DNA of 64,000 bases, from the NCBI GenBank assembly GCA_022729235.1, contig JALDAJ010000001.1, forward strand, positions 96,001 to 160,000. The letters are read 5' to 3'. Origin of the DNA: Candidatus Nanohalarchaeota archaeon. GTDB lineage: Archaea > Nanohalarchaeota > Nanosalinia > Nanosalinales > Nanosalinaceae. Positions 21,501 through 30,616 of this stretch are shown in pieces (positions within the stretch are counted from its first letter, which is position 1; the number at the start of each line of letters is the position of its first letter). The notes under the pieces were generated by a model, which saw nothing but the letters and a program-made list of their open reading frames with translations, had not been told where the DNA came from and did no database searches. The translations under genes and the position numbers were made by a program.

Positions 21501-21799
21501 AAGGATTGAAGCCTTAATCTCCTTACCATCTCTTCTCTCTTACCAGGAGGACCTTCCTCATAAATCTCCCAGTATTCAGATTCGTTGATTTCACCCCAAT
21601 GCACCTCAGGGCTTATCTTGTCCATCGTGTTATGCGAATACTCAGATATTTCAAGAGACCGATCTTCTACCATAGCTTGGGCAAGATTGTATCGAGACCA
21701 GGCGTTATCTCCGCCCCAACTGATGAACATCGTGAAGAGGAATAGGAACACGAGAAACAGCTTGATCTCGGTCCGGTCCATTTGAAACGGAATCTGCAT
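18575..21799 (-). CDS. GT-C-like membrane glycosyltransferase with four C-terminal extracellular repeats
   Basis: YTDKAP..SFLAVP, RGLFFYAP, FGPRY; repeats GW(H/Y)xxE..G.WM...C..P.......D.RCLS(F/Y). Confidence 0.72.
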   Translation of the reverse strand: MQIPFQMDRTEIKLFLVFLFLFTMFISWGGDNAWSRYNLAQAMVEDRSLEISEYSHNTMDKISPEVHWGEINESEYWEIYEEGPPGKREEMVRRLRLQSFENASVIYTDKAPMSSFLAVPAYILGGFFDEGADRWMESESSDSPVELSFQTVFRQFLMVFALSVLPGALLLVLVYRYLQDYVDVRAALYTAVLAGISTPLMVYSTSFFGVITAAFFGFLAYIVLQRSINTGASLLMYVSGILSALAFATEYYASLLLVPFILYLFASGEKKDVKRFIGGVLIGSIPLLLYNWFTTGNPLKPPLLAADMFLGPLEAECAVYVECYSLDSRINAFFIADPVRALNAAFRLLFFPTRGLFFYAPILLLAIPGTYELYKRNKKLLILFPGVFLLFLLFQASQLNWLAGVSFGPRYTVVGLPFLILPVALGLEKMMEKGRTIQIFVLLTFLFSVFGMLLGFNAWHSIDMDQDEYSDNFHSFSAVQPEFYPHLVSEFKEYGPQSEVMMSLTGRYKGMDITREAPYGPEFVELGAIGDEALLFSTNLVPVMLAVAILTGLLWRELEKLRFVGIGAIVLLILASISTSSIYAAGETYRSSGEYFDSVNGSVTTIFYADEREVPHIEVFDVSQNEILELNVAVNGNNQRTYEVRGSEELYFPSVSEGRNEIKLESRDCQVPALHGNSSDTRCLSFGIENMSLRSPEEIDGPVLLQGWHDSGTLSEEGGWMREEAGLAFYSDGSDQFVRLNMTEAGYLEDSDIEVSLNGERAETFEPSDSLIYASVPDSGWNELQLEADRCVVPAEKEDSDDERCLSYLLESFSTFSKDELPEKTLGKGWHGKESDGRWMEDESEVMLGSRSALLNVTARPYHGVEDSELTIYVNGEEHETITPEREDNHHLVPVTGRDINYVRFRSREGCITPAEYEEDSTDERCLSFKVEHELVESLEEKKYLGGWYEKEEDGRWMANETKVVLSGNEDTSMFLQATPYSKLDNPVLKLSLNGEILEKVESDERFTRSFGVGSHLEEGVNILELESVKGCKAPVREEAESEDNRCLSFMINSLEFDDRTFLDLETHKSPFTK

Positions 21800-21867
21800 A
21801 TGCTATCTCTGCTATCAGAAACTTTTATCAGTTCTCACAGGGTAAAAAAGAGCCGGTTTAGTACCGC

Positions 21868-23562
21868 TTATTTCTCTATAATAAAGTTCTCTAAAACCAA
21901 GATGTCCATACCTGTACCGTAGAAAGTTTTTATCGCCTCCTCCGGTCTATTAACTATAGGCTCTCCACGTATATTGAGCGAAGTATTGAGAGATGCCGGG
22001 ATGCCCGTTCTCTCTTTGAACCTCTTTATAACTCTATAAAGGCGGGGGTTAGTTTCCTCCGATACTGTCTGCGGTCTTACTGATCCATCGATATGCATTG
22101 CAGCAGGAATGTTCTCTTTTTTCTCAGATCTGACATCGAACGTTTGAACCATGTTAGGCGCTTCTGCAGCATCATACACATACTCCTCAAAATCTTCAAG
22201 AAGTATGACCGGAGCAAAAGGTCGAAATTCCTCGCGGAACTTAATTCTTCTATTAATCACATCCTTCATCCGTGCATCACGTGGATCTGCTAGAATCGAT
22301 CTGTTCCCAAGAGCACGCGGACCCATTTCCATCCTTCCACTAAAGTGCCCTACAATCTTCCTCTCTGAAAGCTCTTCGGCTATTATCTCCTCGACATTGT
22401 CGGCTCTAGTGTAATCTATCTTGTTTCTATTAAGCACGTCTTCTATATGCCCATCCGAATATTCTCTCCCTAGGTAAACACTTTCATAACCAGCCCTCCC
22501 TTGAAATTCCAGCATGCCTGCTCCTATCGAAGTTCCGGCATCGCTCGCAACGGGAAACGGATAAAAATCCTCTGTCTCGTCCATCCCTCTAAGTCTCTGA
22601 TTCATCTTACAATTAAGAGCTATACCTCCAGCGACTGCTAAATTTTCGTGTCCAAGTTCATCCAGGTACTTTCTAGCAATCGAGACAACAGTATCCTCAA
22701 GAAACTTCTGAACTTCAAAAGCCAAATCTTTGTGCCAATCTGTTATATCCTCTTCTCTTCTTCCTCTACCAAAAATCTCTTCCAGAATTTTGTATCTCTC
22801 TCCCAGACTTTGGTAAGTCAGCTTCTCAACATTATAATCTGATCCTCTCTTAAAATACTCATCTAATACGGATCTGATCTCTTTATTCGGACCTCCATAG
22901 GCTGCTAACCCCATCAACTTGCCTTCTCCATTTAATCTTCTGAAACCCAGGTACTCGGTAAAGACAGAGTAGAAATTTCCTAGACTATTTGGAAAACTAT
23001 AAGTTCTGACTCTCTCAAGCCCGTCTTCTGTTCCTTTCCAAACAACTGTAGAGTCATGTTCTCCCACCCAATCCATAGTCAAGACTATCGATGAATCAAA
23101 TTCAGATGAGTAAAAAGCGGTTGCAGCATGACACCGGTGGTGAGAGAACATCTTCACCTCCGGTACCTCACCAAACTTTTTCAACTCCTTAATTATTTCC
23201 CTATACGGCCAGTTTTTAGTGATCAGATATTTCTCTATAGCTCTTTCACACCTAAATATAAGCTGAGGTACACTGCAAGAACTCCTGAAAGCATTTTTCA
23301 GCTCAACTCCTGCCAAATGTCTAACTCGGGAAATATCGAAGGGAATTAAGATACGTTCTAACTCCTCAAACTCTATATCACAGAAATCCAGACACGCTTT
23401 GACAGAGTTCTCAGGAAACTGATCAAAAGCATGTTTATCACGCGTCAAACGCTCCTCCTCTACCCCGAAAACCAGTTCTCCATCCTGATAAATAACCGCG
23501 CTTAAGTCATTATAACCAGAATTATTTGTAGCAGGTACAACAGATAGAACGTACTGAGACAT
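21868..23562 (-). CDS. O-carbamoyltransferase (NodU/CmcH/TobZ family)
   Basis: EEERLTRDKH, HHRCHAA, EGKLMGLAAYG, AGGIALNC, DAGTSIG, EMGPRALGNRSILADP, KFREEFRPFAP, HIDGSVRPQTV, LNTSLN. Confidence 0.95.
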   Translation of the reverse strand: MSQYVLSVVPATNNSGYNDLSAVIYQDGELVFGVEEERLTRDKHAFDQFPENSVKACLDFCDIEFEELERILIPFDISRVRHLAGVELKNAFRSSCSVPQLIFRCERAIEKYLITKNWPYREIIKELKKFGEVPEVKMFSHHRCHAATAFYSSEFDSSIVLTMDWVGEHDSTVVWKGTEDGLERVRTYSFPNSLGNFYSVFTEYLGFRRLNGEGKLMGLAAYGGPNKEIRSVLDEYFKRGSDYNVEKLTYQSLGERYKILEEIFGRGRREEDITDWHKDLAFEVQKFLEDTVVSIARKYLDELGHENLAVAGGIALNCKMNQRLRGMDETEDFYPFPVASDAGTSIGAGMLEFQGRAGYESVYLGREYSDGHIEDVLNRNKIDYTRADNVEEIIAEELSERKIVGHFSGRMEMGPRALGNRSILADPRDARMKDVINRRIKFREEFRPFAPVILLEDFEEYVYDAAEAPNMVQTFDVRSEKKENIPAAMHIDGSVRPQTVSEETNPRLYRVIKRFKERTGIPASLNTSLNIRGEPIVNRPEEAIKTFYGTGMDILVLENFIIEK

Positions 23563-23626
23563 ATCCCGTATATACGCTCTAATCTATTTAATCTTTAATT
23601 CAAAGAGTTCAACAGAGTTCTAAATC

Positions 23627-24712
23627 ATGAAAAGGCAGCCTCAGAGGAAAATCAGAAGCACTCGTTACCCGATTTACAAGTCGCAACCTCTCTCAAGACA
23701 CAAACCTCTTTTCTTCGTAGAAGAAAAATCTTCCTCCTATATAGAGCTCCATGGACACAGCAGGTACGGTCTGAGGCGAGCCATAGAAATATTGGGGCTG
23801 GAGGAAGGTTCTGAAGTACTTTTACCCTCATATCTGTGCAGAGAGGCGGTAGAGGTATTTCAGGAGAAACATATTGACATAGAGTTTTATCAGGTAGAAA
23901 ACGATCTCGATCCTCGAATACCCGACCTAGTAGAGAAGATAAACGAGAAAACAGCCGCAATACTTGTGGTTAACCAGTTCGGGTTTCAACCAAATAACTT
24001 TGAACAAGTGGAAAAAATCGCCGATGAATATGATCTCTTTCTAATAGATGACTGTGCCCACTCTGCTTTGAGCACAAAGAAAGGTAAAATACTGGGTAGT
24101 TTCGGTGACATCGGTATTACAGGCCTTTACAAGTCTCTTCCTCTAACTGACGGATCTGTCCTCCATGTCGGTAAAGAAATTGACGTAGATTTGGAAGGGA
24201 TAGATACAAAATTCAAACCCCGAGATATTCTAAAAATAATGGGAGAGATCCTATCGAGAATAGAGCCGTACCATCCCGTCGCTGTACAGAAGATAAGGGA
24301 AGAATTCGGAGGAAACACAAGACGTCACAAGGGAGACCAAAAAATGTCTTCCATATCTTTTCTAAGAGCGACAACGCTGAATGTTGAAGATCTTAAAGCT
24401 GATAGGAGGGAAAAATTTCAAAAGTGGAAAGACATCTTCCCTCCCAAAAAGAAACTGGAGAAAGGAGTTTATCCTCTCTGCTATCCAACTTTTGTAGAAC
24501 AGCCTTCAAAGACAAAATCAATTCTGGAGAAAGAAGGTTTATACGGTGTTCAGACCTGGAACGATCTCCTTGCAGACGAGGTCACAGGCAATCCTGAGTT
24601 CAAGAATGCAAACAAGTATATCAAACATTTTATCGGATTGCCCGTCCACAGCGGAACACGGATCGAAACAGAGTATCTCAAAGAAGCCTTTTCCAGGGAT
24701 AGGATAACCTGA
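23627..24712 (+). CDS. DegT/DnrJ-family PLP aminotransferase-like protein
   Basis: EVLLPSYLC, IDDCAHS, GSFGD...LYKSLP (PLP Lys), LPVH. Confidence 0.8.
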   Translation: MKRQPQRKIRSTRYPIYKSQPLSRHKPLFFVEEKSSSYIELHGHSRYGLRRAIEILGLEEGSEVLLPSYLCREAVEVFQEKHIDIEFYQVENDLDPRIPDLVEKINEKTAAILVVNQFGFQPNNFEQVEKIADEYDLFLIDDCAHSALSTKKGKILGSFGDIGITGLYKSLPLTDGSVLHVGKEIDVDLEGIDTKFKPRDILKIMGEILSRIEPYHPVAVQKIREEFGGNTRRHKGDQKMSSISFLRATTLNVEDLKADRREKFQKWKDIFPPKKKLEKGVYPLCYPTFVEQPSKTKSILEKEGLYGVQTWNDLLADEVTGNPEFKNANKYIKHFIGLPVHSGTRIETEYLKEAFSRDRIT

Positions 24713-24768
24713 GCGACCGCAGTATAGACCCCCCCAATCTCTATAAAGAGATAAGAGAACACATATAC

Positions 24769-25491
24769 GTGAAACCAAAAAGTTTAGGCATAATAATCGC
24801 GCTAGGATTAATTACCGGATTTAGCTTCTCAGTACTTTACAGCCACAATCAGCTTCCTGATGATTTTAAGACGGATAACCATGAACTTGTTCTTGATGAT
24901 GCAGACTATTTTAACAGGTTTGAAAGAGAAATGGGCAGCGAGAATAAAACTGTTTATAGAGGGAGATTTAGCGGCGAGTTAAACGGTTGGCAGGGTTCTG
25001 GTTTTTACCTAAGTCATGGTTACTCTCAAGATGTTCCGCGTAATCATACCGCTGAAATATTCGAAAACGGAGAAAAAAGGACTACAGAAGGCTTTAATAC
25101 TAGTACCTATGACAGAGGATTAGTTTTCCTACTTGGATCTGATAGTGAACTAAAAAGGCAAGAGAAAATCCCTAATATAAACCTTGACTTGCAGATAGAA
25201 GCAGTCAACATGTATAGAGACGCCCTCCATCATGCAGGAGAAGTTGAGAACATATGCTTCGATCAGCCGATAGGCATCTTCAGAAACGGTAATCTCATCG
25301 CTGAGAAAAACATTACAAACACCAGAAACTACGAAAAAATCGTCGTTGAAGACTTTACCGACCCTTCAATCCTATCTCAGATAGTTAAACCGGAAAAATC
25401 TGCGGAGTTCAGTGTAGCAATGCTAGACGCTCCTTGGTGTGAAGAGAAAATAACGACCGTGGCTATCAAAGAGTTCTATATTAGCTCGTAA
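24769..25491 (+). CDS. Hypothetical membrane-anchored exported protein
   Basis: N-terminal TM helix; no recognisable motif. Confidence 0.6.
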   Translation: MKPKSLGIIIALGLITGFSFSVLYSHNQLPDDFKTDNHELVLDDADYFNRFEREMGSENKTVYRGRFSGELNGWQGSGFYLSHGYSQDVPRNHTAEIFENGEKRTTEGFNTSTYDRGLVFLLGSDSELKRQEKIPNINLDLQIEAVNMYRDALHHAGEVENICFDQPIGIFRNGNLIAEKNITNTRNYEKIVVEDFTDPSILSQIVKPEKSAEFSVAMLDAPWCEEKITTVAIKEFYISS

Positions 25492-25545
25492 ACCATATTG
25501 TATCTTTCAGGAACAGGCATAACTCTCAGAAAATAAAACATCCCG

Positions 25546-26262
25546 TCAAATTAACATCGCCGCAGTTTTCTTGTAAGTTTCTACCTCATGTTTCTGCAGA
25601 GGTTTTTCAAGACCATAGATGTCTCCCGCAACTACTTCTTTCTCCTCTCTTATTATCTCTATCAGGTCTTCAAGCTCATTCAAGTCAAGTACACCCTGAC
25701 CAAAACTTGTCTCCATAAGTGACTTGTCCAGTATATCAAGATCTATAGATACGTAGACTTTATCGGGGAAATCATCCAGTTTCTCCCGCAAAATCTCTCT
25801 CCAGTCTTCTTTCTCCATCACCTCATCAGATATACAGTCCAGACTGTGGTAGTATGCTCCTATCAATAAGATACTAGATACACTGTCAAGAGAACCTATA
25901 TCAGATACAAAGCTTGAGAACAGGAGGTTTTCCTCTCCTTTCTCCCGTAGATTAGCTGCGTCGTGATGGTTATCGATATGAATGTAACCTATATCCTCTT
26001 CTTCAACACCTTTGACAAGACCATAGGTGAGGTGGTGGTAGGTGTTCTCAGTGAGGAGTACCAGACTTCTATCAGGTAAATCAGCTTCCGCAACTAACTT
26101 TTCAACATCATCCTTCGATGCTTTTGCCTTATATTTGTGAAATAACTGGTTTACTATCAGAGAAGGTAACCCTGGTCTGACCAGGTTCCCGGGCATAGTC
26201 TCTCCCATATCCTTGGATAAGAAAAAGTCGATTTGAAACACGCATGGCTCAAGTTCTCGCAT
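25546..26262 (-). CDS. Arginase/ureohydrolase-fold metallohydrolase
   Basis: YHHLT, HIDNHHD (DxHxD), YVSIDLDILD (DxD). Confidence 0.8.
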   Translation of the reverse strand: MRELEPCVFQIDFFLSKDMGETMPGNLVRPGLPSLIVNQLFHKYKAKASKDDVEKLVAEADLPDRSLVLLTENTYHHLTYGLVKGVEEEDIGYIHIDNHHDAANLREKGEENLLFSSFVSDIGSLDSVSSILLIGAYYHSLDCISDEVMEKEDWREILREKLDDFPDKVYVSIDLDILDKSLMETSFGQGVLDLNELEDLIEIIREEKEVVAGDIYGLEKPLQKHEVETYKKTAAMLI

Positions 26263-26280
26263 TTTTCATCCCTCTACAAA

Positions 26281-26991
26281 TCATCCTGGAGAATAATCTT
26301 TCAGATAACCTCTGTGCAGAGCGGTTGAGACCAGAACTCCTGATATATTATGCTTTTCCAGTTTTTCGACATCATTAACATTCCTGACTCCTCCACCGGT
26401 TATGAACTCCTCCTCTCCATACTCATCAGCTTTTTCCAGTAAGTGTTCAGCCACACCTGACGCCGTTCCAACGTTACCGATATCCAGCAGAATAATCTCT
26501 TCTACATCCAAATCCTCTACATACTCCAACAACTCAGAAGCCGAGTCAAAATGCCCTATATCACCAGCCAGCTCTCCGTTATACATGTCTACGCTGAACA
26601 CAGCTCTTGAACCGAGACATTCCATGATATTTTCCATGTCGCCTACCGACCTCACTGTTTCAGACGCCACTATCACCTTGTCAGTTCTCTCAACGACCCT
26701 GCTTTCAAGACCTTCAGCGGTTTTTATTCCCCTATCCAAGTAGAACTGTAGGTCGAAAGTATCGAACAACTCTATTATACAGTCATCGTTGTCCCCGTTG
26801 TCCTCTAGAGAATCGATATCTGCTATATACACCTTCTTGAGCTCAAAATCGTCTTTTAAAGCCTCAAGAACGTCCACCGGTTCCGCAGAGTCAGTCAGAC
26901 AGGATTCGACAGGTTTGTAGGAGTCCCTGTCCCCTTCCACCCCTCGGACAACCTTACCTTCCTTTATGTCAAGTACAGGTATCAGCTCCAC
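26281..26991 (-). CDS. HisA/HisF-related TIM-barrel protein (MJ0703 / methylotroph Orf17 type)
   Basis: LIPVLDIKEGKVVRGVEGDRDSYKP, YIADIDSL, VIVASET, FSVD, ILLDIGNVGT, GGGVRN, VLVSTALHRG. Confidence 0.85.
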   Translation of the reverse strand: MELIPVLDIKEGKVVRGVEGDRDSYKPVESCLTDSAEPVDVLEALKDDFELKKVYIADIDSLEDNGDNDDCIIELFDTFDLQFYLDRGIKTAEGLESRVVERTDKVIVASETVRSVGDMENIMECLGSRAVFSVDMYNGELAGDIGHFDSASELLEYVEDLDVEEIILLDIGNVGTASGVAEHLLEKADEYGEEEFITGGGVRNVNDVEKLEKHNISGVLVSTALHRGYLKDYSPG

Positions 26992-27044
26992 AAAAGAATG
27001 TTTGCACCTTCAAAGGTAAAAAGTATTGTAATACTGTTCAGTCT

Positions 27045-27689
27045 ATGGAGACCGTTGTCAAGGTGGGCGGTTCAACAATCCGCGACCGAGAACGTTGTCG
27101 AAAAGTAGTTAACGCGTTAGAGGACATAGAAAGCAATATCTCAGTAATCGCAGGCGGCGGCGAGGCAGCGGACGTTGTCAGGGAACTAGATGAACGTTTC
27201 TCTATTTCAGATGAAGCTGCTCACTGGGCAGCCATAAAGGCGATGGATGTCAATGCCCACGTGCTATCCGGTATGTCGCCTGTATTCCAGTACGCAGAGG
27301 ATGAAGATGAAATCAGAGAAACAATGAGTAAAGACCATATACCAGTAACAGGCGTATACCAGCTACTCAGAAAAGACGATTCGCTGGATAAATCATGGGA
27401 TGTCACGTCTGACAGCATCACCGCACACCTAGGTAAAAAATTCGGCGTAGAAAAGATAGTGCTGGTAAAATCCGTTTCAGGGATCAAAGATGACGAAGGA
27501 AAACTCCATCAAGAGATAACTGCGGAGGAAGCCAAGAAATCAGCAGGCGAGGTAATAGATCCAATTCTACCTGAGATACTCCAGCAACACCAGCTATCCT
27601 GCACACTCGTCCACGGTGAATACCCGGAAAGAGTAAAATCGGCTATAGAAGGAGAGAGAACAACTGCGACCCAGATCTTGTCTAAGTAA
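27045..27689 (+). CDS. mfnE: Amino-acid-kinase-family protein, MfnE (MJ0458)-like
   Basis: VVKVGGS, IAGGGEAADVVR, AAHWAAIKAMD, SWDVTSDSI, LVKSVSGI. Confidence 0.8.
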   Translation: METVVKVGGSTIRDRERCRKVVNALEDIESNISVIAGGGEAADVVRELDERFSISDEAAHWAAIKAMDVNAHVLSGMSPVFQYAEDEDEIRETMSKDHIPVTGVYQLLRKDDSLDKSWDVTSDSITAHLGKKFGVEKIVLVKSVSGIKDDEGKLHQEITAEEAKKSAGEVIDPILPEILQQHQLSCTLVHGEYPERVKSAIEGERTTATQILSK

Positions 27690-27740
27690 TCAGGAGATCT
27701 CTACACCTCTATAAAAAGCCACAAATAGTAAGAGCATACT

Positions 27741-28574
27741 GTGAACCCTGTCAAGTTTTACAGGCTAGATACCTGGTACAAGAACATGGGGATGGCGCTG
27801 ATAGGAGTCTTCAGCGCCGGAGTTTCGCTGGACAACGCATTTGCAGCCGCGATAGGCTTTCTACAAGTATTTCTTGTTCAGCTGCACTCATTCAGCATGA
27901 ATGATTATTATGATCATCTAAGATGGGGTGAAGAGACCTACGTTGGAAAGCTTCTCTCTGAAGGATGGGATCTCTGGCAACTCCGGTTTCTTATGTTGGC
28001 GCCGCTTGCGTTAGCATTGATGTTTTATCCTGTTTCGCAAGAGTTCACCCTACTTCTTGTGCTTTACAGTCTTCTCTTCTACCTTTACCAGGGACCGATG
28101 CGTTTAAAACGGCATTGGGCGTTCTCCATACCCCTAAACGCGATCCCTCTCGGTCTTATAATCTACCTACATCCTTACCTAGTAACCGCAGGATCACTTG
28201 GAGCTACCGGATTATTCTTTTCTATACTTTTCACGTTCTATCTGGCGTTTTACGAGATAGCGCACCAGATCGAGCATCAGGAAGAGGAACGGGAAGTATT
28301 TTCGCTCATTGACCAAATAGGAGTCAAAAACAGTTTAATCGTCGCCACGCTTTTCCTAATAGTCCCTGTTGTAACAGGGATCTTCCTTGCTTGGTCAACC
28401 GGTGTTTGGCAACTGTATCTTATACCCGCATTCTTCTTTATAATTCGAGTTTTGCAGCTTCATAGAATAGAGGACTACGGGAGGATAAGAAAAAGTCGGC
28501 ACAAGTTCTACGCAGCACATGAAGGCATTTATTACTTAATTATACTCTCTCTAATTAGTGCAGGAATGCTATGA
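27741..28574 (+). CDS. UbiA-superfamily intramembrane transferase
   Basis: About 8 TM helices; R..TW.KN; first Asp-rich motif MNDYYD; Y...PMRLK; divergent second motif HQIEHQEEE. Confidence 0.8.
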   Translation: MNPVKFYRLDTWYKNMGMALIGVFSAGVSLDNAFAAAIGFLQVFLVQLHSFSMNDYYDHLRWGEETYVGKLLSEGWDLWQLRFLMLAPLALALMFYPVSQEFTLLLVLYSLLFYLYQGPMRLKRHWAFSIPLNAIPLGLIIYLHPYLVTAGSLGATGLFFSILFTFYLAFYEIAHQIEHQEEEREVFSLIDQIGVKNSLIVATLFLIVPVVTGIFLAWSTGVWQLYLIPAFFFIIRVLQLHRIEDYGRIRKSRHKFYAAHEGIYYLIILSLISAGML

Positions 28575-29287
28575 AATCACTGATAACGGTAACAGATGCG
28601 GACGAGGCAGAGGTTGTTTCTGATCAAAGACCTGAGATAGTGGACATCAAGAATCCTTCCGAAGGATCTCTCGGTGCTTCAAGACCCAGTAGAATAGAAG
28701 AGATCTGCGATGAAATAGCTGGCGACTCCGAAATCAGCATAGCAATCGGGGACTGCCCTCAACTTCCCGGAACCATAGGTCTGGCTGTGGAAGGCGCTCT
28801 GCGCTTTGATCCTGATTACATCAAGATAGGTCTGAAAGAGGCTGAAACAATTGAAGAAGGTGTAGAAATCATAAGGACAGCGGTGAAGACAGTAGATAGA
28901 AATAATACGGACACCAGCGTGGTCGTGGCAGGATACGGGGATTATAAAGCCTCTGGAACCCTTGAACCGAAAAATATCGTCGAAGTAGGTTCGAGAGCGG
29001 GCGCAGACACAGTTATGCTTGATACGTTATCCAAAGATAAGGGAAATCTGTTGGACATATTACCACGGAGCGAACTGGAAGGATTCACTAGATACGCCAG
29101 ACAGAACGGTATGGATGTGGCGCTCGCCGGCTCCCTCACGACAGAAGACATTAAGAAGGTGGACAACATAGGAGCGGACATAGCAGGCTTCAGAGGCGCT
29201 GTGTGCGAACAAGGGAGAGAGTCAAGTATAAACAGCGAAAAAGTCGAGAACATAGTCAAGAACTGCAAACTGAGGGAAAAACAATGA
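28571..29287 (+). CDS. mfnB: (5-formylfuran-3-yl)methyl phosphate synthase (4-HFC-P synthase, DUF556)
   Basis: DIKNPSEGSLGA (Schiff-base Lys), SIAIGD.P..PGT, DYIKIGL, VVVAGYGD, MLDTLSKD, ALAGSL, GFRGAVC..GR. Confidence 0.92.
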   Translation: MKSLITVTDADEAEVVSDQRPEIVDIKNPSEGSLGASRPSRIEEICDEIAGDSEISIAIGDCPQLPGTIGLAVEGALRFDPDYIKIGLKEAETIEEGVEIIRTAVKTVDRNNTDTSVVVAGYGDYKASGTLEPKNIVEVGSRAGADTVMLDTLSKDKGNLLDILPRSELEGFTRYARQNGMDVALAGSLTTEDIKKVDNIGADIAGFRGAVCEQGRESSINSEKVENIVKNCKLREKQ

Positions 29288-30534
29288 TGCTCAGGAAAGG
29301 GTTCTATCTTCATAGTTCATTCAAACATCTCGAACAAAGTCTGCCTCATATAAAAAAAACTCAAGAGGAACGACTAAGAGAAATCCTAGAGGAGGCATAC
29401 AAAAGACCTTTCTACTCTGATAAATGGTCTAAACACGGTTTCCATCCAAACCAGTTCGACAAGCTAGAGGATATAAAGAAAATCCCTATCATCGATCCGG
29501 ACAGAAACCAGATGGGAGATGTCAAGAAAAGTATAGACAAGGGCGGAAGTCTGTTAAGCTCAGGGTCTTCGGGAAGGCAGAGACTTAAAGTCAATTTCGG
29601 GAACCAGCCCTGGGACTGGGTCGAGGCAGTGTACCTCAGAAACCTGATTATCCAAGGCTACCGACCGTTCAGGAAACAGCATAATTACTGGTATGAGAAA
29701 AGGAAGAATAAAATCAGAAGAAACATTTTCGTTCCGAAAGAAAATATCCTGTATGAACGATCTTTCGAAGAACAACTGGAAGAGCTTGAAAGCACCTCCC
29801 ATGACTACATAATATACTACCCTATTGTTCTCTTCACGCTAGCCAAGAAAGCCTTGCAATCAGACAGGAATTACGACATCAGTCCTAAAGCAATATTCAC
29901 GCAGGGGGAGGTACTCACTCCTACCATGAGAGAAACTATCCAGGAAGCCTTCAAAGCACCCGTCCACGATAACTATGGTTGTACGGAGTTTCACCGGATA
30001 GCCTGGGAATGCCCTGAAGGAGACGGATATCATCTCTGTTCCAACTCAGTGCTTATCGAGATACTGGATGAAAATGGGGAAGAGGTATCAGCCGGAGAAA
30101 GAGGACGGTTAGTAGGTACAACACTGGTAAACCACGTGACACCTCTGGTAAGGTATGACCTGGGAGACGTAGTGATGAAGATGGAGAATAAATGTGCCTG
30201 TGGAAAGAGCTTCCCGAAGATCAAAAAGGTAGAAGGAAGAGCCAGAAACTTCTTCGACGCCAAGAATTCTGTCGTATCGCCCTACGAAATTATCGACACC
30301 CTTGCCAAGTACAGGGATTTGCTTGTCTTCCAGCTCGTAAAGCAGGACGGAGAAGTTACCCTGAAGTACGTTCCTAATTCTAACTTCCAGCAAGAAACAC
30401 TGAAGGATGTTGAAGGCGATCTCAAGGAGGTATTAGGAATCAGGGAGATAGAGTTCCATGAAGTTGGAGAACTAGATATTACAGAGGGAGGAAAGATCGT
30501 GTCCGTGAAGAACAGAGGTAAGAACGTTGTATAG
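29284..30534 (+). CDS. PaaK/CapK/F390-synthetase-like adenylate-forming ligase
   Basis: SSGSSG, QGEVL, DNYGCTE, IAWEC, PLVRYDLGD, EGR; ATGA overlap with the mfnB stop. Confidence 0.85.
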   Translation: MMLRKGFYLHSSFKHLEQSLPHIKKTQEERLREILEEAYKRPFYSDKWSKHGFHPNQFDKLEDIKKIPIIDPDRNQMGDVKKSIDKGGSLLSSGSSGRQRLKVNFGNQPWDWVEAVYLRNLIIQGYRPFRKQHNYWYEKRKNKIRRNIFVPKENILYERSFEEQLEELESTSHDYIIYYPIVLFTLAKKALQSDRNYDISPKAIFTQGEVLTPTMRETIQEAFKAPVHDNYGCTEFHRIAWECPEGDGYHLCSNSVLIEILDENGEEVSAGERGRLVGTTLVNHVTPLVRYDLGDVVMKMENKCACGKSFPKIKKVEGRARNFFDAKNSVVSPYEIIDTLAKYRDLLVFQLVKQDGEVTLKYVPNSNFQQETLKDVEGDLKEVLGIREIEFHEVGELDITEGGKIVSVKNRGKNVV

Positions 30535-30586
30535 GACAGATTTGTTTATTCAAAAAATTCTAAACTTTGCGAAATATAGGATACTC

Positions 30587-30592
30587 TTATAA
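30587..30592 (+). promoter_or_regulatory. Putative archaeal TATA box (TTATAA) for the small peptide ORF
   Basis: Lies about 25 bp upstream of the ATG at 30617, a spacing typical of leaderless archaeal transcripts. Confidence 0.4.
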
Positions 30593-30616
30593 CTTAGGCA
30601 GGTAATAGACTCTCTT

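Noticed and set aside
26281-29287. Evidence for methanogenesis or histidine biosynthesis
   Set aside because: There are no other C1 or his genes in the window, and the barrel matches the MJ0703-type subfamily rather than canonical HisA.
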